Source: Escherichia phage vB_VIPECOOM03
Direction: 5' to 3' (one strand)
Sequence record: OQ721911
Length of the DNA: 64,000 bases
In this document: positions 23,943 to 33,419 of the stretch, one piece after another
Layout of the letters: every line of letters starts with the position of its first letter
Numbering within the stretch: the first letter of the stretch is position 1
The notes under the pieces: model-generated
What the model was told of the DNA's origin: nothing
Databases searched by the model: none
The model's input: the letters and a program-made list of their open reading frames with translations, nothing else
Program-made: the position numbers and the translations under genes

Positions 23943-24907
23943 TGTATTCTTTAGAGGAATTTAATAATCAAGCAATAAACGCAGATTTCCAACGTAATAA
24001 TATGTTTAGCTGCGTTTTTGCGACAACTCCATCAACTAAAAGCTCTTCGTTGATAAGTTCAATTAGCAACTTTTCTTATAATAACTTGGGTCTAAATTCA
24101 GATTGGTTAGGATTGACTCAAGGCGATATTAATCAGGGAATTACCACGCTAATTACCGCTGGCACACAAAAACTGATAAGAAAATCAGGGGTTAGTAAAT
24201 ATCTTATTGGTGCCATGAGTCAACGTACAGTTCAAAGTTTATTGGGCTCATTTACAGTTGGTACATATTTAATCGACTTCTTTAATATGGCATATAACTC
24301 ATCTGGATTGATGATATATTCCGTAAAAATGCCAGAGAATAGATTATCCTATGAAACTGACTGGAACTATAATTCTCCTAATATTCGTATAACTGGGAGA
24401 GAATTAGACCCTTTGGTTATTTCATTTAGGATGGATTCAGAAGCTTGTAACTATCGTGCAATGCAAGACTGGGTTAACGCTGTTCAAGACCCAGTAACTG
24501 GACTGCGTGCTTTGCCGCAAGATGTCGAGGCAGATATTCAGGTTAATCTTCATGCTCGTAATGGATTACCTCATACTGCTGTGATGTTCACCGGATGCAT
24601 TCCAGTGTCAGTGAGTGCTCCTGAGTTATCATATGATGGAGATAACCAAATAACTACATTTGATGTTACTTTTGCGTATAGAGTCATGCAGGCTGGGTCG
24701 GTTGATAGACAAGCTGCGCTTGAGTGGCTTGAATCTGCTGCTATAAATGGCATCCAAAGCGTTCTCGGAAATAGCGGAGGCGTTACTGGATTATCTAATT
24801 CGCTTTCACGACTTAGTAGATTAGGAGGAACTGCGGGAAGCATTTCAAACATTAGTACTATGACGGGAATTGTCAATTCGCAAAGTAAAATATTAGGAGC
24901 AATATAA
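23942..24907 (+). CDS. 54: Baseplate tail tube initiator gp54
   Basis: 321-aa ORF, size and position as T4 gp54. Confidence 0.9.
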   Translation: MYSLEEFNNQAINADFQRNNMFSCVFATTPSTKSSSLISSISNFSYNNLGLNSDWLGLTQGDINQGITTLITAGTQKLIRKSGVSKYLIGAMSQRTVQSLLGSFTVGTYLIDFFNMAYNSSGLMIYSVKMPENRLSYETDWNYNSPNIRITGRELDPLVISFRMDSEACNYRAMQDWVNAVQDPVTGLRALPQDVEADIQVNLHARNGLPHTAVMFTGCIPVSVSAPELSYDGDNQITTFDVTFAYRVMQAGSVDRQAALEWLESAAINGIQSVLGNSGGVTGLSNSLSRLSRLGGTAGSISNISTMTGIVNSQSKILGAI

Positions 24908-24910
24908 CAA

Positions 24911-24930
24911 TGGGGACCGAAAGGTCCCCA
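24911..24930. terminator. Bidirectional terminator between gene 54 (+) and the alt cluster (-)
   Basis: TGGGGACC-gaaa-GGTCCCCA hairpin with T-run downstream on plus strand, at a convergent gene junction. Confidence 0.75.
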
Positions 24931-24935
24931 TATTT

Positions 24936-25226
24936 TTATTTGCGGAATGAAATAAAAGCAGCAACTGAAGCAACTAAACTGTCTTCAATATAAACTTCAA
25001 TTTTTACCGGAGCTTCTGATTCAAATTTACCTGTTACTACACCTTGGAAAATGCTTTCAGTCTGTTCTGGCTTTGAAAAATTTTCAGAAGGAAAAATTCC
25101 GAACTTTTTATCTGTTCCAAAAATTTTGATAAATTCATCATAAACTGCTTCATTAAAAGCATTATCAGCAGGAATAACGCCTTCAACTACAAGTTCTTGA
25201 CCTAAAAAGCGCAAAGAAGATTTCAT
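24936..25226 (-). CDS. Hypothetical protein (positional equivalent of T4 alt.-3)
   Basis: 96-aa ORF with GAGGAA RBS, preceded by a GTTTAC promoter-like element. Confidence 0.65.
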   Translation of the reverse strand: MKSSLRFLGQELVVEGVIPADNAFNEAVYDEFIKIFGTDKKFGIFPSENFSKPEQTESIFQGVVTGKFESEAPVKIEVYIEDSLVASVAAFISFRK

Positions 25227-25257
25227 TTTGTGTTCCTCATGTTATGTAAGTAAAATT

Positions 25258-25287
25258 ACTATAACACAACACGAGGGACTTGTAAAC
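25258..25287 (-). promoter_or_regulatory. Early-type promoter-like element (GTTTAC -35, 18-bp spacer, TATAGT -10), copy 1 of a repeated element
   Basis: Minus-strand GTTTACAAGTCCCTCGTGTTGTGTTATAGT; about 90 percent identical over ~55 bp to the element at 41000-41054. Confidence 0.5.
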
Positions 25288-27344
25288 TACATTTTGAACT
25301 TTTTAGACATTCCGTTGATGTTAACCAAAGAAGCCAAGATTTGAGAAACTTCGTTTTCCTCTTCTTTTGATTCTTCTACAAGGAATTGATTAAATCCAGC
25401 CATTGGACGAACTTCACCAGTTTCCATCAGATGGTCGCCATCATATACCGATTCTTCTAATTGTTCAGAAGGAGGAACGATTGTGCCTTCGACTAGATAC
25501 TTATTATAAGCAGTTTCTTTCATCATGTACGTACTCACTTTATTAATCTTCAGTAGAATTCCACGTGGTAGAATAATTTCAGCTTCTGATGGAAATCCTG
25601 ATAAATGACCTGGAACGATAACTTTGATTCGCTCAGCTCCTTTAATTACCATACCAACGCTAGTTTCAGCATCTTCATTCGCATAAGCAGAGCGACTGCC
25701 CATATGCATCAAATCTTCTGCGTCAACTGAACCTTCTCCTTCACCAGAAAATACTGCACCGGAATCATCTAGAGCCATATAGTTTTTACCATACTCACCG
25801 AAGATATTTGGTTTAAGCGATGTGGATACGAAGTTCTTGAAATAAAACATTTTATTTTCAATATTATGGCGTAAAGTTTTGAAAGTAACTTCTTGTCCAC
25901 GGTAAAGTGTAGTTCCTGGAGGAAGAACTGAACCTTTAGCAAAGGCAGAATCCATTGTCTCGATGTGTTTAATAGCTCGTTCCATATATTCTTCACGGGT
26001 AGAATCTGGTTTACCTAAAAGGAACGAGTTCATTTCAACATATGAATCTGCACAATAATCTTCAATTACATCAGATTCAGCTTGAGTCAGTCCTTTTGGA
26101 GTTACTTCGGTGCTTGCGTATTCATATGCCTGGGCGGCAGATTCATTAATCAATTTATAAATGCCATTCATGACAAATTGAATAATAGCTACCTTTTCAT
26201 CTGGCGTGGCTTTAGAACCTTTAACTAAATCATTAACAATTTTCTTAATAACATCAAAGCTGTTAGAAATATTAATATCAGAAAGATCACTTAAAATTTT
26301 ATCAGTTTTATAATCAAAAAATTCTTTATTCTTTAAATATTCTTGAGAACCTTGATATGTTATATCGCTCTGTAATTTAATAGATGGATCACGTAAACGT
26401 GCATGAGCCAATGCAATATGATTTCGGAAGCTTTCTAGTTCATAATCGTTAGATTTAAAACGAGAAGCGCTTCTCATACCACCTATAGCTCCTTTGCTGA
26501 AGTTTGAACCAATTTGAATAACGCCAGAGTTCATTGATCCTTCTGCTTTATATACCGGAACTTTAGATTCAAACTCTTGATATTTCTTAGCAGCGAAGCT
26601 ATCGCCCTGAAGTGAAGCATCAACAGTAGAATATTGAGCTTGTGCTGCTAATCGACGACTAATTTTAGTTTTCTGAATAACAGCTTGATCCGTGCGCTTA
26701 TCATTTTCTAAAGCAATAGAAGCAGCAACAGCAACAGCTTTAGGAACAGCATTACCCGTTTTAACGTCTACATAAACATCACCAACCTTTGATTCAACTT
26801 TTGTGAATAACTCAGTTGAAATAGGAGGTACACCTGGAATGTCTTCTAAATTGGCATTTTTACGGTAAACCATAATATATGCATACTTTTTATCGTAATC
26901 CCAGATTTCCTTTAAAAGAACATATCGACCTGCTCCTTTAGTACGTACTAAACGGTCGGCAATAACTTGCATTTGACGAGCTGCGCCGTTTGTTTTACTC
27001 TTTAGTACGCGGAATAAGCATGCATCAATTTTATACTGTTTCATTGTTTGAAGAGCAGTATCAAAAACCGCATTAATGACACCAATTGGGTTTCCACCCA
27101 AGTTTTTAAGTTTAACTAATGATAGTTTTTCATTGACACCTATCATTACGATATGCATCATTTTATCGCCTGGCTTAACGTTTTTATTTGTATCACCACC
27201 AGAGGTGTATGTACAAAATCTAAATCCAGGAAGCACACTTTCTTCACCGGCTTGAATAGCAAAAATTTGAGGTATTTTATGCTTAGGATTTAAGTTAACA
27301 ACCGGCGCCGAAGCGCCGTCAAATAATTCTGTAATAAGTTCCAT
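25287..27344 (-). CDS. Alt-like ADP-ribosyltransferase paralog (R-S-ExE motifs)
   Basis: 685-aa ORF; N-terminus MELITELFDG... closely parallels the adjacent alt; C-terminal region has YRGQ, FVSTSL and EAEIILPRG motifs. Confidence 0.85.
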   Translation of the reverse strand: MELITELFDGASAPVVNLNPKHKIPQIFAIQAGEESVLPGFRFCTYTSGGDTNKNVKPGDKMMHIVMIGVNEKLSLVKLKNLGGNPIGVINAVFDTALQTMKQYKIDACLFRVLKSKTNGAARQMQVIADRLVRTKGAGRYVLLKEIWDYDKKYAYIMVYRKNANLEDIPGVPPISTELFTKVESKVGDVYVDVKTGNAVPKAVAVAASIALENDKRTDQAVIQKTKISRRLAAQAQYSTVDASLQGDSFAAKKYQEFESKVPVYKAEGSMNSGVIQIGSNFSKGAIGGMRSASRFKSNDYELESFRNHIALAHARLRDPSIKLQSDITYQGSQEYLKNKEFFDYKTDKILSDLSDINISNSFDVIKKIVNDLVKGSKATPDEKVAIIQFVMNGIYKLINESAAQAYEYASTEVTPKGLTQAESDVIEDYCADSYVEMNSFLLGKPDSTREEYMERAIKHIETMDSAFAKGSVLPPGTTLYRGQEVTFKTLRHNIENKMFYFKNFVSTSLKPNIFGEYGKNYMALDDSGAVFSGEGEGSVDAEDLMHMGSRSAYANEDAETSVGMVIKGAERIKVIVPGHLSGFPSEAEIILPRGILLKINKVSTYMMKETAYNKYLVEGTIVPPSEQLEESVYDGDHLMETGEVRPMAGFNQFLVEESKEEENEVSQILASLVNINGMSKKFKM

Positions 27345-27347
27345 GAT

Positions 27348-29444
27348 TTATCCTTGAACGAACTTGTAAGGCATGTTTGTAATATCTATGCAAGACGCAA
27401 TAATTCCAAGAGATGATTCTGCTTTCTGTTTAACATTTGATGAAACAAATGATGCAAAGTCAACTCTGTCTTCTATTTCAATATCACCTGTCATTGCAAC
27501 CAATTCACCAGTTTCCATTAAATGGTCTCCATCATAGATTACCGATTCGGTGAGTTCTTCCGTAGTCATAACTTCAGCTTGAATGAGTTTTGTATTATTA
27601 GATGTTGTTCCGTCATTATTGGAAGCATCAGTTATTTTATTAACTTTGACCATCAATCCGCGTGGTAAAATAACTTCAGCTTCAGTTGCTATTCCGAGAC
27701 TTCCTGGATATACAACATTAACTTTATGAGCTCCATCAATTGCCCATCCTATTTGAACTTTAACGTATTCAGGATTTTCTTTATACGCTCTTATTTCGTT
27801 TGGATTAATAGTTATTCCTTCTTCATTTTTATCAACTGTTAATTCATTGCGAGCTTCTGGTTCTAAAAGACCAATACCAGCATGCGTAATTCCAAAACGT
27901 CCAAAAATGATAGGAGTTAAAGAAGTAGATACAAAATTTCTGAAATAGAACACTTTATTTTTAACTAGTGCTTCGTATATAGGAGCAGTCATACTTTGAG
28001 CACGATAAACTGTAATGCCTTCTGGTATACGGTCACCATTTTCAAAGGCTGAATCTAAATTATTTATCGCAGATTCAATTTCTTTTTCACTCATTACATC
28101 ATATCGTTCTGGATTATAGCGTCCTAAAAGAAGATTATTGATGTCAGTATATCCTGATCCACAATACTCTCTAATGCCGCGCTTTTGCGATGGAGTATAT
28201 TTAGAACCATCACGGGCAATAGTAATATCAATCATTGGACCTGCACCAATTCCAGAAAAGCTATAAATCATTCGTTTGAGGAATTTAGTTTTTGCTGCGT
28301 TCCAGGAATTTTTAGTTATTTCTTCCCAGACTTCATCTGGCTGTCCTTTACGGGTTTTATTATGTTTATCAAGCCAAGTATCTTTATATTCTTCAAAGAA
28401 TTTATTAATAGCTGCTGCATACTTCTCTAAACATTTTATTGAAGTAGTTGGTTCATTTTTGATCGCGTTAAAAATTACATCTTTAATTTTTTCAGAAACT
28501 TCATTAACCTCACTTTTTGAAAAGAATTTATAGTCATAGTGAAGTTCATCTGCAGTCCCTTCGGCAATAATTTTTGCTGCCTTAGTTTTAGAAGCTAATG
28601 AATTAATTCCAAGTTTCATTTCTTCCGCTTCGGGAATTAAAGGAGCTGTAGCAGGTTTATTGAAATTAGCTGCAGTAGATTCATACTTCTGGAATAATTC
28701 ACTTTCAAATCTAGAAGATTCCAATGACTGACTTTGTGCAATTGCTCTACGGGAAATTTTAACTTTAACTATTACAGCTTGGTCAGAACGTTTATCGTTT
28801 TCTTGCGCAATAGATGCTGCAATTGCCTCATTTTTAGTTACTTGAGCTCCAGTATCTTTATTGATATAAACATCGCCGACCTTCGATTCAACTTTAGTAA
28901 AGAGCTCGGTACTAATTTCTGGAACTCCTGGAATGTCTTCTAGTGATACATTTTTGCGATGTATAAGAATATATGCATACTTTTTATCGTAATCCCAGAG
29001 TTCCTTAAGAAGGACGTATCTGCCACCTGAACGACTACGGATAAGTCTATCAGCAATAACTTGAATTTGTCGAGCTTGACCAGCAGTTTTAGACTTAAGA
29101 ATACGGAGCATACAGGCATCAATTTTATACTGACGCATCGTCTGCATTGCAACAGTAAAAACTGAATTGATATAATTAATTGGGCTTGGACCGAGACCTT
29201 TTAATTTAGCAATTGAACCTTTAGCAGTTAATGTAAAAGGAACAATATGCATCATTTTATCGCCCATTTTTAAATCGCGATTAGTATCACCTCCAGATGT
29301 ATAGGTACATAAACGAAAGCCTGGTTGTTCAATTGCGTCATCAACATGAACTGAAAAAATTTGCGGTATTTTCTTCTTTGGATTTAAGTTTGTAATCGGA
29401 AGAGTAGTATCTTCGTCAAATAATTCTGTAATGAGTTCCATCAT
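27348..29444 (-). CDS. alt: Alt ADP-ribosyltransferase (capsid-packaged, modifies host RNA polymerase)
   Basis: 698-aa ORF; N-terminus MELITELFDEDTTLPITNL... as remembered for T4 Alt; ART motifs YRAQ, FVSTSL, EAEVILPRG; ATG at 29441 is an alternative start. Confidence 0.9.
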   Translation of the reverse strand: MMELITELFDEDTTLPITNLNPKKKIPQIFSVHVDDAIEQPGFRLCTYTSGGDTNRDLKMGDKMMHIVPFTLTAKGSIAKLKGLGPSPINYINSVFTVAMQTMRQYKIDACMLRILKSKTAGQARQIQVIADRLIRSRSGGRYVLLKELWDYDKKYAYILIHRKNVSLEDIPGVPEISTELFTKVESKVGDVYINKDTGAQVTKNEAIAASIAQENDKRSDQAVIVKVKISRRAIAQSQSLESSRFESELFQKYESTAANFNKPATAPLIPEAEEMKLGINSLASKTKAAKIIAEGTADELHYDYKFFSKSEVNEVSEKIKDVIFNAIKNEPTTSIKCLEKYAAAINKFFEEYKDTWLDKHNKTRKGQPDEVWEEITKNSWNAAKTKFLKRMIYSFSGIGAGPMIDITIARDGSKYTPSQKRGIREYCGSGYTDINNLLLGRYNPERYDVMSEKEIESAINNLDSAFENGDRIPEGITVYRAQSMTAPIYEALVKNKVFYFRNFVSTSLTPIIFGRFGITHAGIGLLEPEARNELTVDKNEEGITINPNEIRAYKENPEYVKVQIGWAIDGAHKVNVVYPGSLGIATEAEVILPRGLMVKVNKITDASNNDGTTSNNTKLIQAEVMTTEELTESVIYDGDHLMETGELVAMTGDIEIEDRVDFASFVSSNVKQKAESSLGIIASCIDITNMPYKFVQG

Positions 29445-29464
29445 ATCCTCTCTAGTGTTTATTC

Positions 29465-29472
29465 TATTTATA
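29465..29472 (-). promoter_or_regulatory. T4-type late promoter (TATAAATA on minus strand) for alt
   Basis: Plus-strand TATTTATA about 20 bp upstream of the alt start; Alt is a packaged late protein. Confidence 0.6.
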
Positions 29473-29477
29473 AAATT

Positions 29478-29495
29478 AAAGGCCCGAAGGCCTTT
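29478..29495 (-). terminator. Hairpin (AAAGGCC-cgaa-GGCCTTT) downstream of the gene 30 / alt.1 unit
   Basis: GC stem with GNRA-like tetraloop, followed on the minus strand by a T-rich tract. Confidence 0.55.
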
Positions 29496-29682
29496 AATAA
29501 TCTAGTGGTAAGAGAGTACGGTATATTTCAAACTTCGGACCTTTTTCATAGGCATCAAATGTTTCTGTAAATTTATTATAAGCATATGCATCTACAAATT
29601 CAAGAACGATTTGTGATACAGAAGTAGAAACATCTCCACCTTCTTTTTGAGCCACGACAATTGTTTCTAAGTAAGCTTTCAT
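29494..29682 (-). CDS. Hypothetical protein (positional equivalent of T4 alt.1)
   Basis: 62-aa ORF overlapping the gene 30 stop. Confidence 0.6.
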   Translation of the reverse strand: MKAYLETIVVAQKEGGDVSTSVSQIVLEFVDAYAYNKFTETFDAYEKGPKFEIYRTLLPLDY

Positions 29683-31139
29683 AGACCAGTTACCTCATGA
29701 AAATCACCAAATACATCCTCGAATGTATTAGCTTTAGTTTTATCTTCACGTAAACGAATCGCAATTGGAAGAAATAATTTAACGTAATCAGTGCGGCCAT
29801 CAGATTTTAACCAACCATTGCATTCGCACTCTAGAATTTTTCCAATATAATAATTTTGGTTTTCCATAATGCGAGTACGGTCAAGTTCATGTGATTTTAC
29901 ACCGGCTTTATCTTTTAAGCCTGAACCTGCATTTACTTTAATTTTTCCACACTCTGATTCAAGAATAAATCCACCTGCTTTAGTAGGGTCTTTACGGTGA
30001 GGATAAATTCCTACAATTTTTAAATCAACATCAATTACTTCTTTAAATTTATAAAGATTTTTTGAACGAGCATTTTCCCACAATCCATCGGTATTTTTGA
30101 GAATAATACCTTCAAGACCTTGGTCAATATATTTTTTATAAATTACCTTAGCTTCATCTAGGTTATTTACTACCTGGTTTTCAATTAAAATTACTTTATC
30201 ATATCCTGATGTCATTTGTTCTAGTTTAGAAAAACGTACATCATATTTTAAACGAAACGTCGGAAGACCGTATATTTCTACCAACGGAACATAATCCCAG
30301 ACCTGAAACTTCATGCATTTGGCTTCTTTTTCTGAAATAGTTCCCTTTAAAGATTTATTGGCGATTCCATTAGAAGCAGTACGAGATTCAGCTACTTCGG
30401 CAAACTCTTTAGCTTTACTGATTTCAGGAGCGTCAAAAAGAAAATCTAGGCCTTCTGGTTCCTTTTCAACTTGCTCATGGTATACCAATTCGCCATCAAT
30501 TAACACACCTTCTGGATGAATCTGGCGGGCTTCAGCGGTCATTTTGATTAACTCTTCCTTAAGAAGATCTAATCCTAGATATTCATTACCAGCTCGTGAT
30601 AAAAGACGAACATCATCTAATTCATCACCTCGAACTTCAGCAAAACACCGAGCTCCATCTGCTTTTAACTGTGCAAAGGCTGGAAATTTGATATTCTTAC
30701 TAATGCCTTTTTCATCATAAGAACTTGCCAGCATTTGAGGTTGTTCAGGAATTAAACCTGGCCAAACTTTGTTTGCAATAGATACTGAAGCACCGCATTC
30801 AAGGTCTCGCATCATAACTCGACGCAAAACTTCAACATCATCCTTTTTACCATCGGTGATATATCCAGTTAATTCCTCAATTGCTGCATTGCCAGTTAAT
30901 TTCCGAGTAGCTAACGTGAATTCAATGAAGTCAAGCATATCGGTAATAGTCAACATTCCAAAACTCTGGGTAGCAATACCAGGTTTAGGCCATTTCTTGA
31001 TATAATACTGTAACCCACGAGAATAAGTCAGACGATATACTCGTTTAAGCAATTCATTATCTTTATTCTTTTCAAGAATTGCTTGCTTCTGCTTAGTTGA
31101 TCCAATAGATGCTATTTCATTCAGAATTTTAAGAATCAT
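29679..31139 (-). CDS. 30: ATP-dependent DNA ligase gp30
   Basis: 486-aa ORF; sequence (MILKILNEIASIGSTKQKQAILEK..., KADGAR adenylation motif) matches remembered T4 DNA ligase. Confidence 0.95.
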   Translation of the reverse strand: MILKILNEIASIGSTKQKQAILEKNKDNELLKRVYRLTYSRGLQYYIKKWPKPGIATQSFGMLTITDMLDFIEFTLATRKLTGNAAIEELTGYITDGKKDDVEVLRRVMMRDLECGASVSIANKVWPGLIPEQPQMLASSYDEKGISKNIKFPAFAQLKADGARCFAEVRGDELDDVRLLSRAGNEYLGLDLLKEELIKMTAEARQIHPEGVLIDGELVYHEQVEKEPEGLDFLFDAPEISKAKEFAEVAESRTASNGIANKSLKGTISEKEAKCMKFQVWDYVPLVEIYGLPTFRLKYDVRFSKLEQMTSGYDKVILIENQVVNNLDEAKVIYKKYIDQGLEGIILKNTDGLWENARSKNLYKFKEVIDVDLKIVGIYPHRKDPTKAGGFILESECGKIKVNAGSGLKDKAGVKSHELDRTRIMENQNYYIGKILECECNGWLKSDGRTDYVKLFLPIAIRLREDKTKANTFEDVFGDFHEVTGL

Positions 31140-31405
31140 TGTTCATCCTTCAAAGTTTGATTTACATCTCTATTATAAATCAATTCATCATTAAGCTCAG
31201 GCAAAGACTTATGATATGTAGTTCTAACTTTATTTCCTTGCATCCAGTGCTTGACGTAAATGAAACCTTGCTCTACACATTTTTTAAAAATTCGTTCGTC
31301 TTTTTGAGCTCGGAATTCTGGATTGCATCTAAAAAATTGATTTACGTGACCGTAATCACGTGTAGTATTACCTTCATTTTCATAAATAGTATGAACAACA
31401 AACAT
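31136..31405 (-). CDS. Hypothetical protein (30.1 position)
   Basis: 89-aa ORF co-oriented, overlapping neighbours. Confidence 0.6.
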   Translation of the reverse strand: MFVVHTIYENEGNTTRDYGHVNQFFRCNPEFRAQKDERIFKKCVEQGFIYVKHWMQGNKVRTTYHKSLPELNDELIYNRDVNQTLKDEQ

Positions 31406-32244
31406 TAGAATGCTCCTTGAAAAATATTATCACCACTAGTAGGTCTATTATACAAATACTCTATGCCACCAGGTTTAATATAGTTCCATGTCTGAAACGG
31501 ATGTGTCTGATATGGATGATATAGATGATTATAAGGATTTAATCCAGGCGTTCTCCAGGTAGTGTTCCAAGGAAAAGAATCATTTTTAACCATCTTCTCA
31601 ATTAAATCTTTTATAGCTTTTTCACTATCAAAACTTTCTTTATTTTCCTTCGGCGAAAAAAGCTTATTTTCTACATCATTCCATGTATAAACTCGCTGTG
31701 CAGTTTTTGGAATATTGTCACGCTCTCCTCGAGCCATCCAATAAACTGGAACATTTAATATTTCACTCGCATGATCGCAGTGATGAGCGAGATCGTCAAT
31801 ATAACAAATTACGTTATATTTCTCTTTTGCCTTTTTGAACAGCTCTTCTTTTGAAGAATCATGACCACACATCATTACTTCTGAGAAGGCACCAGGAAAA
31901 AGAGCATTCAAATTAAATTGACGATTCAACAGAGCGTCAATAGAATCACCCAATGCTGTAACAGCTACAAAATTATAATCTTCTTTTAATTTGTTAATTA
32001 CACACAGGGCATCTTTATACGGAGACAAGTAACGAATAAAATCTGAACGATTGTATTTTTCAATTAACTTGACGCCAAGTTCTTCGTCACAATTAAAGAG
32101 TTTACCTGGAGAAATAAATTTCTCATCTTGGATCATTTTTAAAATATGTTCTAATGGAAGATTATATTTCTGAGCAAAATAAGGAAGGCCTGATTGCCAG
32201 CTTAAACATACTCCATCAATATCAGTTAAAATAGTAGGCTTCAT
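31405..32244 (-). CDS. HAD-superfamily-like hydrolase, putative nucleotidase/phosphatase (30.2 position)
   Basis: 279-aa ORF; N-terminal LTDIDGVCLSW fits HAD motif I (DxDG[TV]). Confidence 0.6.
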   Translation of the reverse strand: MKPTILTDIDGVCLSWQSGLPYFAQKYNLPLEHILKMIQDEKFISPGKLFNCDEELGVKLIEKYNRSDFIRYLSPYKDALCVINKLKEDYNFVAVTALGDSIDALLNRQFNLNALFPGAFSEVMMCGHDSSKEELFKKAKEKYNVICYIDDLAHHCDHASEILNVPVYWMARGERDNIPKTAQRVYTWNDVENKLFSPKENKESFDSEKAIKDLIEKMVKNDSFPWNTTWRTPGLNPYNHLYHPYQTHPFQTWNYIKPGGIEYLYNRPTSGDNIFQGAF

Positions 32245-32705
32245 AGAGAGTCTCTTAATAGGTTTAACACATCAATAAATTCAGCTTCGGTTAGTATTGT
32301 ATCATCTTTTGTTAGACCACTAGCCATGCTGTGCTTCAAAACTTTTCCTTTCGAAGCTTGTAATGCATCACGAAAGCCCCTGTTTTGGATCGCTGCTTCA
32401 AAATATGCATTTGTGTATAATTCTTTCCACGCTGGAGAGTATCTTGAAAATGGAACTCCAAGCCAGAACAACGTGCCACGGTCCTGAGCTCTAGCATAAG
32501 ACCTTCCAGCTTGTTGCGCATCCAATCCGGACATCCCAAATATACGTCTTTGCTGTTCAACATTTTTCACCTTACATCCTTGGAGGAATCCTTCGAGACC
32601 TCCAAATTGGATACCATCCATAACGAAAGGCCATTGGGCGAAATTACTTAATGCACATGATGGCCATCTAAAATTGCTTCTTATCTCTAGCTCAGACATT
32701 TTCAA
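32241..32705 (-). CDS. NADAR / YbiA-like (DUF1768) domain protein (30.3 position)
   Basis: 154-aa ORF; SCALSNFAQWPFVMDGIQFGGLEGFLQGCKV parallels the conserved LSNF...W...DG...E.YFQA.K core of E. coli YbiA as remembered. Confidence 0.6.
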   Translation of the reverse strand: MKMSELEIRSNFRWPSCALSNFAQWPFVMDGIQFGGLEGFLQGCKVKNVEQQRRIFGMSGLDAQQAGRSYARAQDRGTLFWLGVPFSRYSPAWKELYTNAYFEAAIQNRGFRDALQASKGKVLKHSMASGLTKDDTILTEAEFIDVLNLLRDSL

Positions 32706-32898
32706 TACTTATAATTTCAACATCAGCCCAATGACCATAGCAAGGAAGACGAAATTCAACTGGCCAGTTAGGGTCCTTTTCTAATATAATAGACTTAACT
32801 TGTGGTTCTTCATGTTCATCGGTATACGGACCTTTATACGTTACTTTATATGTGACCTTAATGTACTGAATTCCAAAAATCTTATTAATTATATTCAT
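32692..32898 (-). CDS. Hypothetical protein
   Basis: 68-aa ORF, tightly packed within the 30.x cluster. Confidence 0.55.
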   Translation of the reverse strand: MNIINKIFGIQYIKVTYKVTYKGPYTDEHEEPQVKSIILEKDPNWPVEFRLPCYGHWADVEIISIENV

Positions 32899-33092
32899 AC
32901 TAATTCCTTTAATCCATAGATAGGAGATAATTCATCACCCATACGAAGGTCTTCATTTCCATCTACCCAGGAAACAATATAAGCCTCTTTTATTTGAATA
33001 CCACTCCATTTAAATGGAGGTAGAACCTTAGAAATTAATCCAGGTATACCGACTCCCTTTAATTCAACAGTTTGACCCAAAAAGAATTTCAT
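32895..33092 (-). CDS. Hypothetical protein
   Basis: 65-aa ORF with overlapping start/stop junctions. Confidence 0.55.
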   Translation of the reverse strand: MKFFLGQTVELKGVGIPGLISKVLPPFKWSGIQIKEAYIVSWVDGNEDLRMGDELSPIYGLKELV

Positions 33093-33379
33093 TAGAACCT
33101 CATCTGAAAACCATGCGATTTAACATTACCGCCGTCAATATCAGAAATGTTAATTTCACGCGCAATTGAAGGGTCAATGTCAATTTCACGATTGAGTTTA
33201 GCGATAGTTAGAGTATCGCGCCCATTTACAGTACGGAACTCTAAAGGGCAGACTACATTAACGTAGTTTTTAATCGATTCACTGGTAGGCTGCAAATGAG
33301 CAGGAAGGTCTTTAGGCGCCTTAGAGAAAACCACTTCACAGAAATTTTTGCGGGTATCAAAATAAGTAGTCATAAACAT
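33092..33379 (-). CDS. Hypothetical protein
   Basis: 95-aa ORF. Confidence 0.55.
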   Translation of the reverse strand: MFMTTYFDTRKNFCEVVFSKAPKDLPAHLQPTSESIKNYVNVVCPLEFRTVNGRDTLTIAKLNREIDIDPSIAREINISDIDGGNVKSHGFQMRF

Positions 33380-33419
33380 AGTATTTTCCTCAGTAAGGGG
33401 CCGAAGCCCCTATTTTATT

